Shown here piece after piece: positions 40,626 to 49,771 of a stretch of 64,000 nucleotides of DNA; positions within the stretch are counted from its first letter, which is position 1; the number at the start of each line of letters is the position of its first letter. A program made the position numbers and the translations under genes. The notes beneath the pieces are model-generated. The model was not told the DNA's origin, searched no databases, and worked only from the letters and a program-made list of their open reading frames with translations. This stretch comes from Candidatus Omnitrophota bacterium (lineage in GTDB: Bacteria > Omnitrophota > Gorgyraeia > Zapsychrales > JAHFFX01): assembly GCA_023247705.1 (NCBI GenBank), contig JAHFFY010000008.1:664-64663 (forward strand), given 5' to 3'.

Positions 40626-41105
40626 TTAGCTCTTCCCGGCGGCTGCGGCATTGTTTGCAGCGGGAGGTGCGGCCTGTACGGATTCGGATACCAGACGCGC
40701 ATTCACTTTCAGCGTCTTGTCCGCTTTGACCAACAGACCTTTGTTGGCAAGCCGTTTGTATCCCGGCTTTGTGACTTCAACGAAATAACTGCCGGCGACC
40801 ACATGAGGGATATTATATTCTCCCTGATCGTTGGTTGTGACCTCGTATTTGTTCGCGTCATTTCGAAAGATCATTTTGACTCCACTTAAAGGATTTTTGG
40901 TGATTTTATCGATCGCCATTCCCATCAAAACACCCTGACCGGTTGGGGACGGGTTCGCGGCGGCATTGGCCTCCGTGGGTTTCGCTTTCGATTTTCTGGC
41001 CGCCAGTGCCGGTTTCAAACCGACACCGCTCAGTGAAGCGCCGACCGCGAAGGTGGTCAGCACAATCACCCCTAACGTTCTTGAAAAATAAAATTTGCTT
41101 ATCAC
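40626..41105 (-). CDS. Exported carboxypeptidase-regulatory-like domain protein
   Basis: PLSGVK..TTNDQGEY.I..V.AGSY.VEV.KPGY. Confidence 0.75.
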   Translation of the reverse strand: MISKFYFSRTLGVIVLTTFAVGASLSGVGLKPALAARKSKAKPTEANAAANPSPTGQGVLMGMAIDKITKNPLSGVKMIFRNDANKYEVTTNDQGEYNIPHVVAGSYFVEVTKPGYKRLANKGLLVKADKTLKVNARLVSESVQAAPPAANNAAAAGKS

Positions 41106-41137
41106 GTTCCCCTCCTTATTGATAAAAAAAACTGATT

Positions 41138-41215
41138 ACCGGTGCCCCAGGGTCCCAGTCGCCAGGACCCCAGAAAAAAAACTGGGACGCAGGGGACTGG
41201 GGCACCGGGACCCCT
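41138..41215. repeat. Octamer-type (CCCAG/CTGGG) tandem units in inverted arrangement
   Basis: CCGGTGCCCCAGGGTCCCAGTCGCCAGGACCCCAG-A8-CTGGGACGCAGGGGACTGGGGCACCGG. Confidence 0.6.
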
Positions 41216-41226
41216 TCCCTTAATAT

Positions 41227-41538
41227 TTACTTTGCATGTCCATACTTAACATAATCGATTCTCAAATCTTCCATATCGCATTTCATCGGACCGTGAAATC
41301 CAAACGGGGTTTCGGCGAAAAAGGCATCGATCATATCTTTTTCTTCCACAACCGTCCGGTTGGAATCCTTGACGATCTTTTCGGCCCTCTGCCCGACTTT
41401 CTTCTCGGCGATACTGCGCAGAAAGACCGGAATTTTCGCGATCATCTGGTCGAATTGTTTCTTGGTCGCCGGATCCCAGGCCGCTTGCGCTTCCGGGGTT
41501 GATCCTGAGGATTCGATTTTTTGGGATGCGTCCATCAC
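41227..41538 (-). CDS. PCP_red/DUF2621-like small helical protein
   Basis: W.......F...IAKIPVFLR..A.KK...RAE. Confidence 0.65.
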   Translation of the reverse strand: MMDASQKIESSGSTPEAQAAWDPATKKQFDQMIAKIPVFLRSIAEKKVGQRAEKIVKDSNRTVVEEKDMIDAFFAETPFGFHGPMKCDMEDLRIDYVKYGHAK

Positions 41539-41589
41539 ATAGGCTCCGTTTTGGGTTCGCTCATGATACCGCTCAACGCAAAAGTTCCT

Positions 41590-41919
41590 TCAATATCCTT
41601 TACGCGCGGCATAGGTGAAACAAAAAAAATATTTTCTCCATGATTCATCCGTTGATTTATACTCGTTCGATCCGAAAAAATAATCAACAAGCGTTTCTCT
41701 CACCCGAGCGATTTCTTTCAGCCGGGGAAATCCTTTGAGCTCCGCCAAGGTCAAATCGATCAATTCCAGGGCACGCTCGGCGGCCCGCTTAGAATAATCA
41801 GTGTTCTTGGAACGCCAATTCATGGCCCGTTCGACTTCCCCTCCGATATGAGCCATTTGCTCAACGAAAGAAAATTCCTTCCAGCGTCCTTTTGCAAGTT
41901 CTTTGTGCTGATAATTCAT
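41590..41919 (-). CDS. Conserved hypothetical helical protein coupled to DUF5674
   Basis: HKELAKGRW..FSF.EQMA.IG.EV.RA..W; ATGA overlap with the upstream gene. Confidence 0.75.
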   Translation of the reverse strand: MNYQHKELAKGRWKEFSFVEQMAHIGGEVERAMNWRSKNTDYSKRAAERALELIDLTLAELKGFPRLKEIARVRETLVDYFFGSNEYKSTDESWRKYFFCFTYAARKGY

Positions 41920-42257
41920 TGATCGATCCTCTTTTCAACAACAGCAACGATCTTCTTTCGGGTTGCTTCACTGTCCACGCCGCGGCTGTGATTGTCGTGA
42001 GAAGGACGCAGGTTGATCATCGCATCAAATTCAATAAAAGCCTCACCCTGCGCATTCGGATAAAGATTGATTCCCCAAAGATTTTTTTGCAAAGATCCTT
42101 CCTCCAGCAATAACGCTTCCAAATCGGAATGAAGCTCCGCATCAACTGCAATCCATTCCTTATCAATATCCACGACCGCCTTCACCAAATTTCCAAAGAT
42201 GACTGCAGATATCGCTTGGAGTTCTTGGCGCGTTAATTTTCCGGTGATTATTTTCAT
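41916..42257 (-). CDS. DUF5674 protein
   Basis: VKAVVDI....IAVDAELHSDLE..LL..GS.Q.NLWG.N, IEFD.MIN.RP..N.SR. Confidence 0.8.
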   Translation of the reverse strand: MKIITGKLTRQELQAISAVIFGNLVKAVVDIDKEWIAVDAELHSDLEALLLEEGSLQKNLWGINLYPNAQGEAFIEFDAMINLRPSHDNHSRGVDSEATRKKIVAVVEKRIDQ

Positions 42258-42347
42258 GATCCTAGACTCTGAAACGCTACCGATTGGCTTATTATGTTCA
42301 TGACTTCAACACCTGTCAAGAAAGAGTTCTCGCTTCTTAATACGCGC

Positions 42348-43370
42348 TCAGATGACCGTCATCCGCCAGCAGCGGTGGACCTGGCGGTTGCGGTAATCTT
42401 CGGGAATGGTGTCGGGGGTCAGCTCGGTCAGATCTTTCACCGGAAGCCCTTCCAGTTGCGGTTCGAAACGCTGATGATTCGTCGAGAACAGCAGCACCCC
42501 GCCCCGGGCCATCACCTTCAACACATCCCGGATCAGGGCAGGATGATCACGATTGATATCAAACGCCTTGTTCTCTTGTTTGTCTTGAAAAAATGACGGC
42601 GGATCAACCAAGGCCAACGCGAAACGTTTCCCTTGGCGTGAGATTTGTTCCAAAAATTTTCCGGCGTCCGATTGAACAAAATGATGTTGCGGTCCCGATA
42701 ATCCGTTTAACGATAAATTGTCTTTGGCCCACTGCGTGTACATCTCGGAACGGTCAACGGTCACAGTCGAACACGCGCCCCCGGCCGCCGCCGCACACGT
42801 AAACGAACCCGTGTAAGAAAACAAATTTAAAAAATCTTTTCCCTTACTCATCTGCCGCACGATCATCCGCGTGTCGCGGTGGTCCGAAAACAACCCCGTG
42901 TCGAGAAAGTCATCCAGGTTGACCCAAAAATAAAGGTCCCGCTCTCTGACCTGAAACCGTTTGCCTTTGGAGGCGAGCTTTTTGTAACGCGGGCCGTCCT
43001 GCGTTTTGGTTTGGCGCCGCCGTAGATGAATGTTACGTAAAGGAATATTCAACGCCTCGGCCGCGGCCCTGGCGATGTGGGGAAGATATTCGGGTCCGGT
43101 TTGCAGACGGATATATTCGGCCACCACGATATGCCCCGCGTACCAGTCCACCACCGCCCGGACTTCCTTAATATCCCAGTCATACAAACGGAAGCAATCG
43201 ATCCCCTCGCGTTTGAATTTGCGCGACAGATGCCGGAACCGTTTGCGGATCCGGTTCGCCAGCATCACGGCATGTTCTCGAGTTTTCTCGGGTGTGACGA
43301 AGCCTTTGGGGATCGGTGGTTGGGAATGGTGTTGGGAAATAAAATGTTTTGGTTTTGAATAATTTTTCAT
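42348..43370 (-). CDS. Stand-alone RlmK/RlmI-like rRNA methyltransferase
   Basis: CFRLYD.DI, VNL.D.LDTGLF.DHR, FLNLFSYTG, DPPSF, LFSTN, TIPEDY; matches the C-terminal half of RlmKL. Confidence 0.88.
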   Translation of the reverse strand: MKNYSKPKHFISQHHSQPPIPKGFVTPEKTREHAVMLANRIRKRFRHLSRKFKREGIDCFRLYDWDIKEVRAVVDWYAGHIVVAEYIRLQTGPEYLPHIARAAAEALNIPLRNIHLRRRQTKTQDGPRYKKLASKGKRFQVRERDLYFWVNLDDFLDTGLFSDHRDTRMIVRQMSKGKDFLNLFSYTGSFTCAAAAGGACSTVTVDRSEMYTQWAKDNLSLNGLSGPQHHFVQSDAGKFLEQISRQGKRFALALVDPPSFFQDKQENKAFDINRDHPALIRDVLKVMARGGVLLFSTNHQRFEPQLEGLPVKDLTELTPDTIPEDYRNRQVHRCWRMTVI

Positions 43371-43899
43371 AAGATCATACTCTTGCAAACAAAATAAAAA
43401 TATTATGCCATAACGTTTATTAGAAGCCATTTCATAACCCCTTTTCACCACGTCAACCTCGTCAATGAGAAGGCCCGTTTTCGAGGTTGTAAAATGACTT
43501 CTAATAAAAAGGAATTATAAACACGACCGTAGGGAAACACAAACAAAAAACAAACGGCAGCGTTTTTCGCGCCCCGTCTTCACTCTTCATCCGACAAGAC
43601 AACCGAGACAAACGTTTTGCCGTTTATTTGATCTTGGGAATCGGCACCAGCGTGATCCCAGAGCAATCGCTGCATTCTCCCTCGGTGCGATGGAATTGAT
43701 TTAGACATCGCGGACAATCCGATAAACTTTGAGCATCCGAGGAAAATCGATCTGCATCTAAAATGGCTGGATCGCATTCAATATTTTTTAAAAACCCATT
43801 GGTCACATCGATTAATAAAGCGGGGTTAATCGGGGACCAAACACTATTTCAAAAATAGTTTGTCCCTGATTTATTTTACAAATTTCTCTGTATCTTTTG

Positions 43900-44412
43900 T
43901 TAATCCTTCCGGAGGGCTTCCCGGTAAGCCGCCGGCGAATACCCGCGGACCTTTTTTCCGTTGATGACCGCCAACGGCACAGCCAGGTCGCCGTCCAGTT
44001 TGATCTTTCGCTGGGCCGCGCTTTTGTTTTTCTCGATATCGTATTCCTTAAATGAAATTCCATGGGATTGCAGAAACTTCCGGGCCTGGGTGCAGTAAGG
44101 ACACCATTTCGTGACATACAATTCCACTTTTGCATGCTGATCGAGTTGGGCGTCGGCTTCGTTTTCTGGCGATTCAACAGACGGTGTTTGATCACTGCCA
44201 CCTTCCTGGCTTGACCGGGTTTCCTCAAACGTCGGAACCGTTTTCACTTCTCCCACAGCCTCGGAGGCGCGCGGGGCCCGGTCAGAAAAGTGTTTCACGC
44301 CTTTTTGATCCACCCACATGTGAATCTCAGCGAAGCCACCCTGCGCCGCGAAAAAAATGAAAACCGCTAAAAAAAACAAAATGATAATACGCCGTCGTAC
44401 CAATTTCATCAT
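43900..44412 (-). CDS. DUF4124 + glutaredoxin-like exported protein
   Basis: W.D.KG.KHFSD..P, WCPYC, VP...ING..V.GY. Confidence 0.88.
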   Translation of the reverse strand: MMKLVRRRIIILFFLAVFIFFAAQGGFAEIHMWVDQKGVKHFSDRAPRASEAVGEVKTVPTFEETRSSQEGGSDQTPSVESPENEADAQLDQHAKVELYVTKWCPYCTQARKFLQSHGISFKEYDIEKNKSAAQRKIKLDGDLAVPLAVINGKKVRGYSPAAYREALRKD

Positions 44413-44508
44413 TGATCCTTCAATCTATTTTCGCAAGGAAACGTGATCATCATTCGGGAAACATCATACTTATCCTGAATGACATATCGCATTCCCGGAA
44501 TCCTTCCC

Positions 44509-44694
44509 TCACACAGATGTCTGTATATACTCAATCTTACCGATCGGAACGATCTTGGTCACGTTTCCAACGGACACGGTAATGCAGTCCGATTGGACTT
44601 TGTCCAGCTGGTAGCACATCGGCTCTTCGTTTTCGACCTTGATCAAAAGTTTCTGACCGGCGTACGAATTGAGATTGCTGATAAAATCACTCAT
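44509..44694 (-). CDS. Small beta-rich hypothetical protein
   Basis: RBS AGGAGG; IVPIGKIEYI; overlaps the upstream stop. Confidence 0.55.
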   Translation of the reverse strand: MSDFISNLNSYAGQKLLIKVENEEPMCYQLDKVQSDCITVSVGNVTKIVPIGKIEYIQTSV

Positions 44695-46278
44695 GGCGGC
44701 CCTCCTGTGCGGTCTTTAAAGTGTTGGCTTTTCCTGCGGTTAAATTTTCTAAAATGAAAATCCCTCCCCGGTGAAATTGCAGTTCAAACCCCTGACGGAT
44801 GAGATATTTTATCAGAAATCGGCTATTTACAATAAAAAACCTCGGCCGGTAGATTCGAATGAGATCATCGAAATTCTTTTCGCTCGAAGCCAGGCCCCGG
44901 GGTAAAGCAATGACCGGACGGTCATACACGCAGGAGTCCTGGTTGAACTCCGAGGCGATCAGATCCTCGGGCCCCGCATGTTCCCTGATCCATTGGACCG
45001 CGTCGTGGCGGTCAGCGATGTAAGATAAATTAAACCGCGAATCGGCGGCGGTAAATAATGTCAAAAAATTGACAACCGTCATCCGCAGTTGCCAAACCAC
45101 GGCAATCACCAGGACAACACCCAGCAACCATTGGGCTGTGTTTTTCTGCGCAACAATCTTCGCTACCCCCTCGCCCACCGCCCAAAACCCGACCGCCCCC
45201 CAAAACAAATACGGGATCAACGCGTAACGGAACGCGTCGGTCTCGTTTTTAAAATACCAGAGATTCACTGTGTAGCAGAATAAAACTCCTAATCTCTGCC
45301 AGAACAAAACAGCCGTCCAAGGGTCCCGTTGTTTCCGATCCGCCAGTACGTACACCGGAACCAGCACCAGCGAAAAACACGCCAGGCCCAGCGATTCAAA
45401 CGTCGCGGCCACATGACTCTTGATGACCTCCAGAATATCTCCGGGTAAATATTCTTCCATCCCTCAAAGACCAAAACCGGAAAACGATTCTGCAAATGAC
45501 TCCCCGTATACGCCGAGGAGAGCGAAAATGTTTTGGAGGAACTAAAATATCCCGGGTAAATCATATGATATTTCATCAGCGAAATCATTTCGTACGGTAA
45601 GACGATCAAACCAAAGCCTGCCGCCAGCTTCTAGCAGCGCCGCAAGGAATCGGCATTGATCCCGTGAAGAAAAAAGACCGCGATCAAAAACCCCGCGCCA
45701 TTGTAGATCGTCGCGGCCCGAGTCAAAAAAGCCAATGCCAGGATCCCTCCGATCAAAAATTCTCTTCCGGATGATTGCAGAAAAAGAACGGTCGCCAACA
45801 AAATCAAGCACAAATGCCATTGCTCCGACCAGGGCGTAAACGCCGCGAAGATAAACGATTTTGAAAACGTGAAAAAAACCGTCCAAAGAAACGCGGTCCA
45901 TTCCTGGACCTTGATCCTCAGGATCGCGTAAAACAAAAGCCCGTTGATCGAACTTAAAAGCAAATTGAAAAAATAAACGGCGGCAATCCCTTTAAAGGCA
46001 ATGAGCATCGCGGCGAAGAAAGGAAACAACGGCGCTTTAAACGCGAACGCGGAGAAATACGGGGTCAAAAAACTCAGATGCACGTTGTAAGAAATGTTAA
46101 ACCCTTTGCCGTGGGCAAAATTCGTGGCGATGTTGAGATATTCGCAGGCGTCCGCGGTCAAGACCCTGACCTGACTGAACGGATCATTGACGATCAAAAT
46201 CGACAGAGGAATCAAAACAGCGAACGCGATGTCCCACTGGGAGATGGTGTGAATGGATTTCGTGTTCGGATTATTCAT
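44687..46278 (-). pseudogene. GT-C (ArnT/PMT-like) membrane glycosyltransferase, disrupted
   Basis: DA.EY..IA.N...G.G, PLFP, WSE, LTR motifs; in-frame TAG at 45631-45633; frameshift near 45460-45480. Confidence 0.75.
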
Positions 46279-46417
46279 CGAAAATTAATTTTGTAAATGC
46301 TCACGGTCATCGTCGTTGCGCGCTATCAAGATTAAACAATGACAGCGCGCAATGAAGACCGGATCCCCGGACAACCTAATCACCGGATGACCGATGATTT
46401 CACTGCTCCTGCCTGCC

Positions 46418-46909
46418 TCACGGCAGCTTCTGTGCCTCTTCTTTAAATTCTTTGATCAAGTCCTTCATCTCTTCGGTCGCCTCGCTCCCGTAACCTTTCA
46501 ACGTCTCGACCTCCCGTGCCGCGGCCTGGACATACGCCTCTCCTAAATATTCGCGGGCCTCGGGAAAACGCGGACGCAGCCGCAGGGCTTTTTGATAATT
46601 TTCGATCGCATGATCAAGATCGCCGGTCTTGCGCTGGGTGAAGGCGAGCATGTTGAGAACATCAGGGTTCGTTGGTTCACGGCTGTAGGCCTGTTTGAAA
46701 TATTCCAAGGCGCCTTTGTAATCTCCGGCATGGGAGGCGGCCTTGCCTAAATCGTACAAACTTTTTTCCGGCGCGGCCGGCGCTTCTGCGGCCGATGGCT
46801 GGGTTATGGGGTTCGGGCTGGGGGAAGAATCAGACGGACGGCAGATTAAAAAAATTGATCCAACCACAACGGGACCAACGATCATCCAATGATTTTTTAA
46901 CATATTCAT
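46418..46909 (-). CDS. TPR protein
   Basis: A..YF.QA...EP.NPDVLN.LA, AI..Y.KAL.L.P.FPEA..YLG. Confidence 0.88.
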   Translation of the reverse strand: MNMLKNHWMIVGPVVVGSIFLICRPSDSSPSPNPITQPSAAEAPAAPEKSLYDLGKAASHAGDYKGALEYFKQAYSREPTNPDVLNMLAFTQRKTGDLDHAIENYQKALRLRPRFPEAREYLGEAYVQAAAREVETLKGYGSEATEEMKDLIKEFKEEAQKLP

Positions 46910-46988
46910 CCTCCTCCGTTATTTATTAAAATATTATGCCCCCTTCAGATGGGCCGGGGGATTAAAAATGCGTGGCGTTTAGATCAAC

Positions 46989-47363
46989 CTACGCCTTGGA
47001 AACGACCTCCACCTTCCAGGTTTTATTGACCCAAAGACCGACGATCTCATGGCCGCTCCAGAGACGTTTGAGGCGTTTGACGGCGATGCGGATTTGTTGG
47101 TGGTGGATATTTTTCTTGACGGGGTTCCCGCGGCAATCGTAGTGACCGATGACAAAAAGCCGGGTGGAATGATTGACGTTGATCGACACGTTGATGCTGC
47201 GCTGGATTTCGCTGATATCTTTCTGTTTGGATAAAACACCATCCATCCCCGCCTCGGTGATCACATCCACAAAATCCACGGAATAATTTTCTTTGATCCA
47301 GTTCAAAACAGGCAACTGCACCCGCCCGTCCATGCAATTCAAACAAGTCGCGCGTGTCTCCAT
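46989..47363 (-). CDS. Small beta-class-like carbonic anhydrase
   Basis: CMDGR and HYDC Zn-ligand pattern (CxDxR...HxxC). Confidence 0.75.
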   Translation of the reverse strand: METRATCLNCMDGRVQLPVLNWIKENYSVDFVDVITEAGMDGVLSKQKDISEIQRSINVSINVNHSTRLFVIGHYDCRGNPVKKNIHHQQIRIAVKRLKRLWSGHEIVGLWVNKTWKVEVVSKA

Positions 47364-47484
47364 CGTCCGTTATTCTATCTAAATTTCTTGGTCATGCAAC
47401 GAGAAGTTTTGTGATTTTAAGGACATAAAAAAGCCATCTTTGTTTCAAGATGGTTTTTTTACAATAACTTTTTAAATGATTCAA

Positions 47485-48092
47485 TTACAACAAAGGTTTC
47501 AGCTCAACAGTCACCACCGGTGAACTCGCAATCGCTGAGGCACTAGCAATTTGGGGACTCGCACTTCCCGCGGCCACAAAAGTCGTGATTGAGACCGGAA
47601 CGCCGATTTCATTTTGACTGGTCAGATCCACTGAGGTTTGCCAAATTTTGGTATTACCGAAATAAGAACATTAACCGAATGATTGTCCACCACCCAGGTC
47701 GCACCGATAAATGCCTGCCCCCCTCTGGAACCAACAGCGCTACCGGTTTGGGTAAATGTGATTTTGGAGATGTAATAATGCTCGGGCGCTTCAATGACAA
47801 AACTAATCGTGTACATGGTTGATCTCGGGGTAAAGGCTGCGGTTGAGGCCACACAACCTCTGGACCAGTAAACCACTCCGCCTAAGCCGGAATCAACGGG
47901 GCCGACGTCCATGTTAATACCGATTTTTAATTGATTGGGGTTGATTGGATCAGGGGCGGTGAGCGAGGAATCATAACATCGTGAAGCCAGGGCGTCGCTA
48001 ATATTAGTGAAGGCGACCTGCTGGGCGTTTGCCGAAACTGTTCCCCATAAAAACGCGACTCCCGCCAGTAAAATCTTTGCGCAAAATCTCAT
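47485..48092 (-). pseudogene. Secreted protein gene with a frameshift
   Basis: RBS AAAGGAG, ATG 48092, signal peptide ..ANA. The frame stops at 47622; an alternative frame from ~47670 reads GNTKIWQTSVDLT...VVTVELKPLL* to 47485. Confidence 0.55.
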
Positions 48093-48258
48093 TTTTTTAC
48101 TCCTTTCATACCAAAGTTGTAGGGTTGAATTAAAATACTCTGCAAATATATCATGAAAAGCGGGACGCGCCATTTTTTTTGAGAGGCTTTAAGAATTTGT
48201 CATCGGTTGTGCGGGAAATGGGGTTGGCCCCGTTTCCTCTGATCTCTCTGTAAAAAAA

Positions 48259-48621
48259 TCATTGATCATCTTTGTCCAAATGAAAATGATGCAAAAATCG
48301 GTGTAAAAGCGGCGTAAACAGGATCGCGAGAGATGAATAAAAACCCACCGCACTCAACAGCGCAAAAACAGCCGTGAAAAATTTTCCGGAATCAGTTTGC
48401 AGGTTACCCTGGAGGCCTAAACCGGTCATGATCATGACCGCATTCACCAAAGCATCGACCCAAGATTGGTGTTCAAAATAATAATAACCCAAAGTTCCCG
48501 CAAAAATGGTTATAGACACAATAACCATCGAAAAAATAAAACTGTTCAACATCCTCTTTAGAAACAGGTCATACGGCAGGACAGGTTGGCGCCGATGTTC
48601 AAAAATAAATCGTTTGGGCAT
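48259..48621 (-). CDS. Small ion-channel-like (2TM pore-loop) membrane protein
   Basis: GY.YFE..SWVDA..NA.MI.TG.G....TD.GK.F. Confidence 0.7.
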   Translation of the reverse strand: MPKRFIFEHRRQPVLPYDLFLKRMLNSFIFSMVIVSITIFAGTLGYYYFEHQSWVDALVNAVMIMTGLGLQGNLQTDSGKFFTAVFALLSAVGFYSSLAILFTPLLHRFLHHFHLDKDDQ

Positions 48622-48645
48622 GAAATTGATTTTATCTTAAAAAAT

Positions 48646-48689
48646 CGGGACAGACACTAATTTTCTTTTGAAAAATAGGGTTTGTCCCG
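48646..48689. repeat. REP-like hairpin, copy 1
   Basis: CGGGACAGACACTAATTTTCTTTTGAAAAATAGGGTTTGTCCCG; degenerate copy at 49720-49760. Confidence 0.55.
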
Positions 48690-48717
48690 CATTACCGATG
48701 AAAGTTTGAAACAAGGC

Positions 48718-49434
48718 CTATTGATTCTTCCTCGGATGGACCGGCTTCGCGGCACATTTTTGTTGAAAACTTTTATAAAGTTCCATTTTCCAGACATGCT
48801 TCTCTTGTTTTAAAAGCTCGTAACTCTCCCGCGTCAGGTCAGCCACAAAATAGGTATCGTAATCGCCCCAGTTGTTCACTTCGTAATTTCTTATGCCGGA
48901 ACCCAGCGGCTTGATGATCCGGTCGAGCGCGAACTGCCGCATTTGGGCTTGCCAGGCTGGCAGGTCTGGATTGGCAGAACCTTCTCGAATCTTGCAGATC
49001 ACCATAATCTTGGAATAGGGATGGTTCTGAAATTCTTCCCCAATTTCTTTGTCTCTCGCCGTCATTTCATCCAGAACGGCTTGACGTTCCCGGTGGACCT
49101 TCGCTTTTAAATCTGCGGCCTTTTGAAAACCCCAGACCAAAGGAACCGCCAAAACCAGCAGCGCCGGAAAAATGATTTTTTCACTCCCCCATCTTAACCG
49201 GCGCAGAGTCAGGGGAACGAGAAAATAGGAAATAATCGCGCCCAAAAGAATCAGCGCCGGTCCCACGATCATGCCGAAAAACATTCCCAGTCCGGTGTAA
49301 TCACAATCCACCGAACCACACGCCGAGACCTGGATTAAAATCGCGATTCCCGATCCGAACAAAAAAATACCGAATAATGCGCCGATGAGACAGCAATAGC
49401 CGAAAATTCGATCTGCGGGTGAAGTCGTGTTCAT
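48718..49434 (-). CDS. Hypothetical membrane protein (3 TM + soluble domain)
   Basis: ORF track; hydrophobic N-terminal half. Confidence 0.7.
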   Translation of the reverse strand: MNTTSPADRIFGYCCLIGALFGIFLFGSGIAILIQVSACGSVDCDYTGLGMFFGMIVGPALILLGAIISYFLVPLTLRRLRWGSEKIIFPALLVLAVPLVWGFQKAADLKAKVHRERQAVLDEMTARDKEIGEEFQNHPYSKIMVICKIREGSANPDLPAWQAQMRQFALDRIIKPLGSGIRNYEVNNWGDYDTYFVADLTRESYELLKQEKHVWKMELYKSFQQKCAAKPVHPRKNQ

Positions 49435-49472
49435 AAAGGATTATATTGTTTTTTTGATGAAAAAAAACTTTT

Positions 49473-49706
49473 TTAATAATTAAAAAAATCTTTCAGCGTA
49501 AAAGTCTCGGTGGGCTTAAGCGTTTGAAACGCCTCCAGGATTTTGGACTGCGCATTTGCCGTCAACCGCCGGCCCTTGCGTCCTTTCTGGACCATCTTGA
49601 AGGTCAACTGCTTAGTCGAGGCCTTCACCAAATCCGCGCTGGTCACCCCCAGGCGGGTCATGAGCGTATCTAAAGGTTGGGGGCCGAAGTCGGATTGCAT
49701 GAGCAA
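49473..49706 (-). CDS. Small conserved hypothetical protein (HTH-like)
   Basis: GPQPLD..M..LG....DLV..S..QLT.KMVQKGRKGRRLT. Confidence 0.65.
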   Translation of the reverse strand: MLMQSDFGPQPLDTLMTRLGVTSADLVKASTKQLTFKMVQKGRKGRRLTANAQSKILEAFQTLKPTETFTLKDFFNY

Positions 49707-49771
49707 GATCTCTATTACTAGGAACAGAGACTAATTTCCTTTTGAAAAATGGTGTCCTTATTTAATTTCCC

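Noticed and set aside
43624-43806. 60-aa ORF with CPRC...CSDC zinc ribbon
   Set aside because: No convincing start or RBS; probably a gene remnant, too weak to call.
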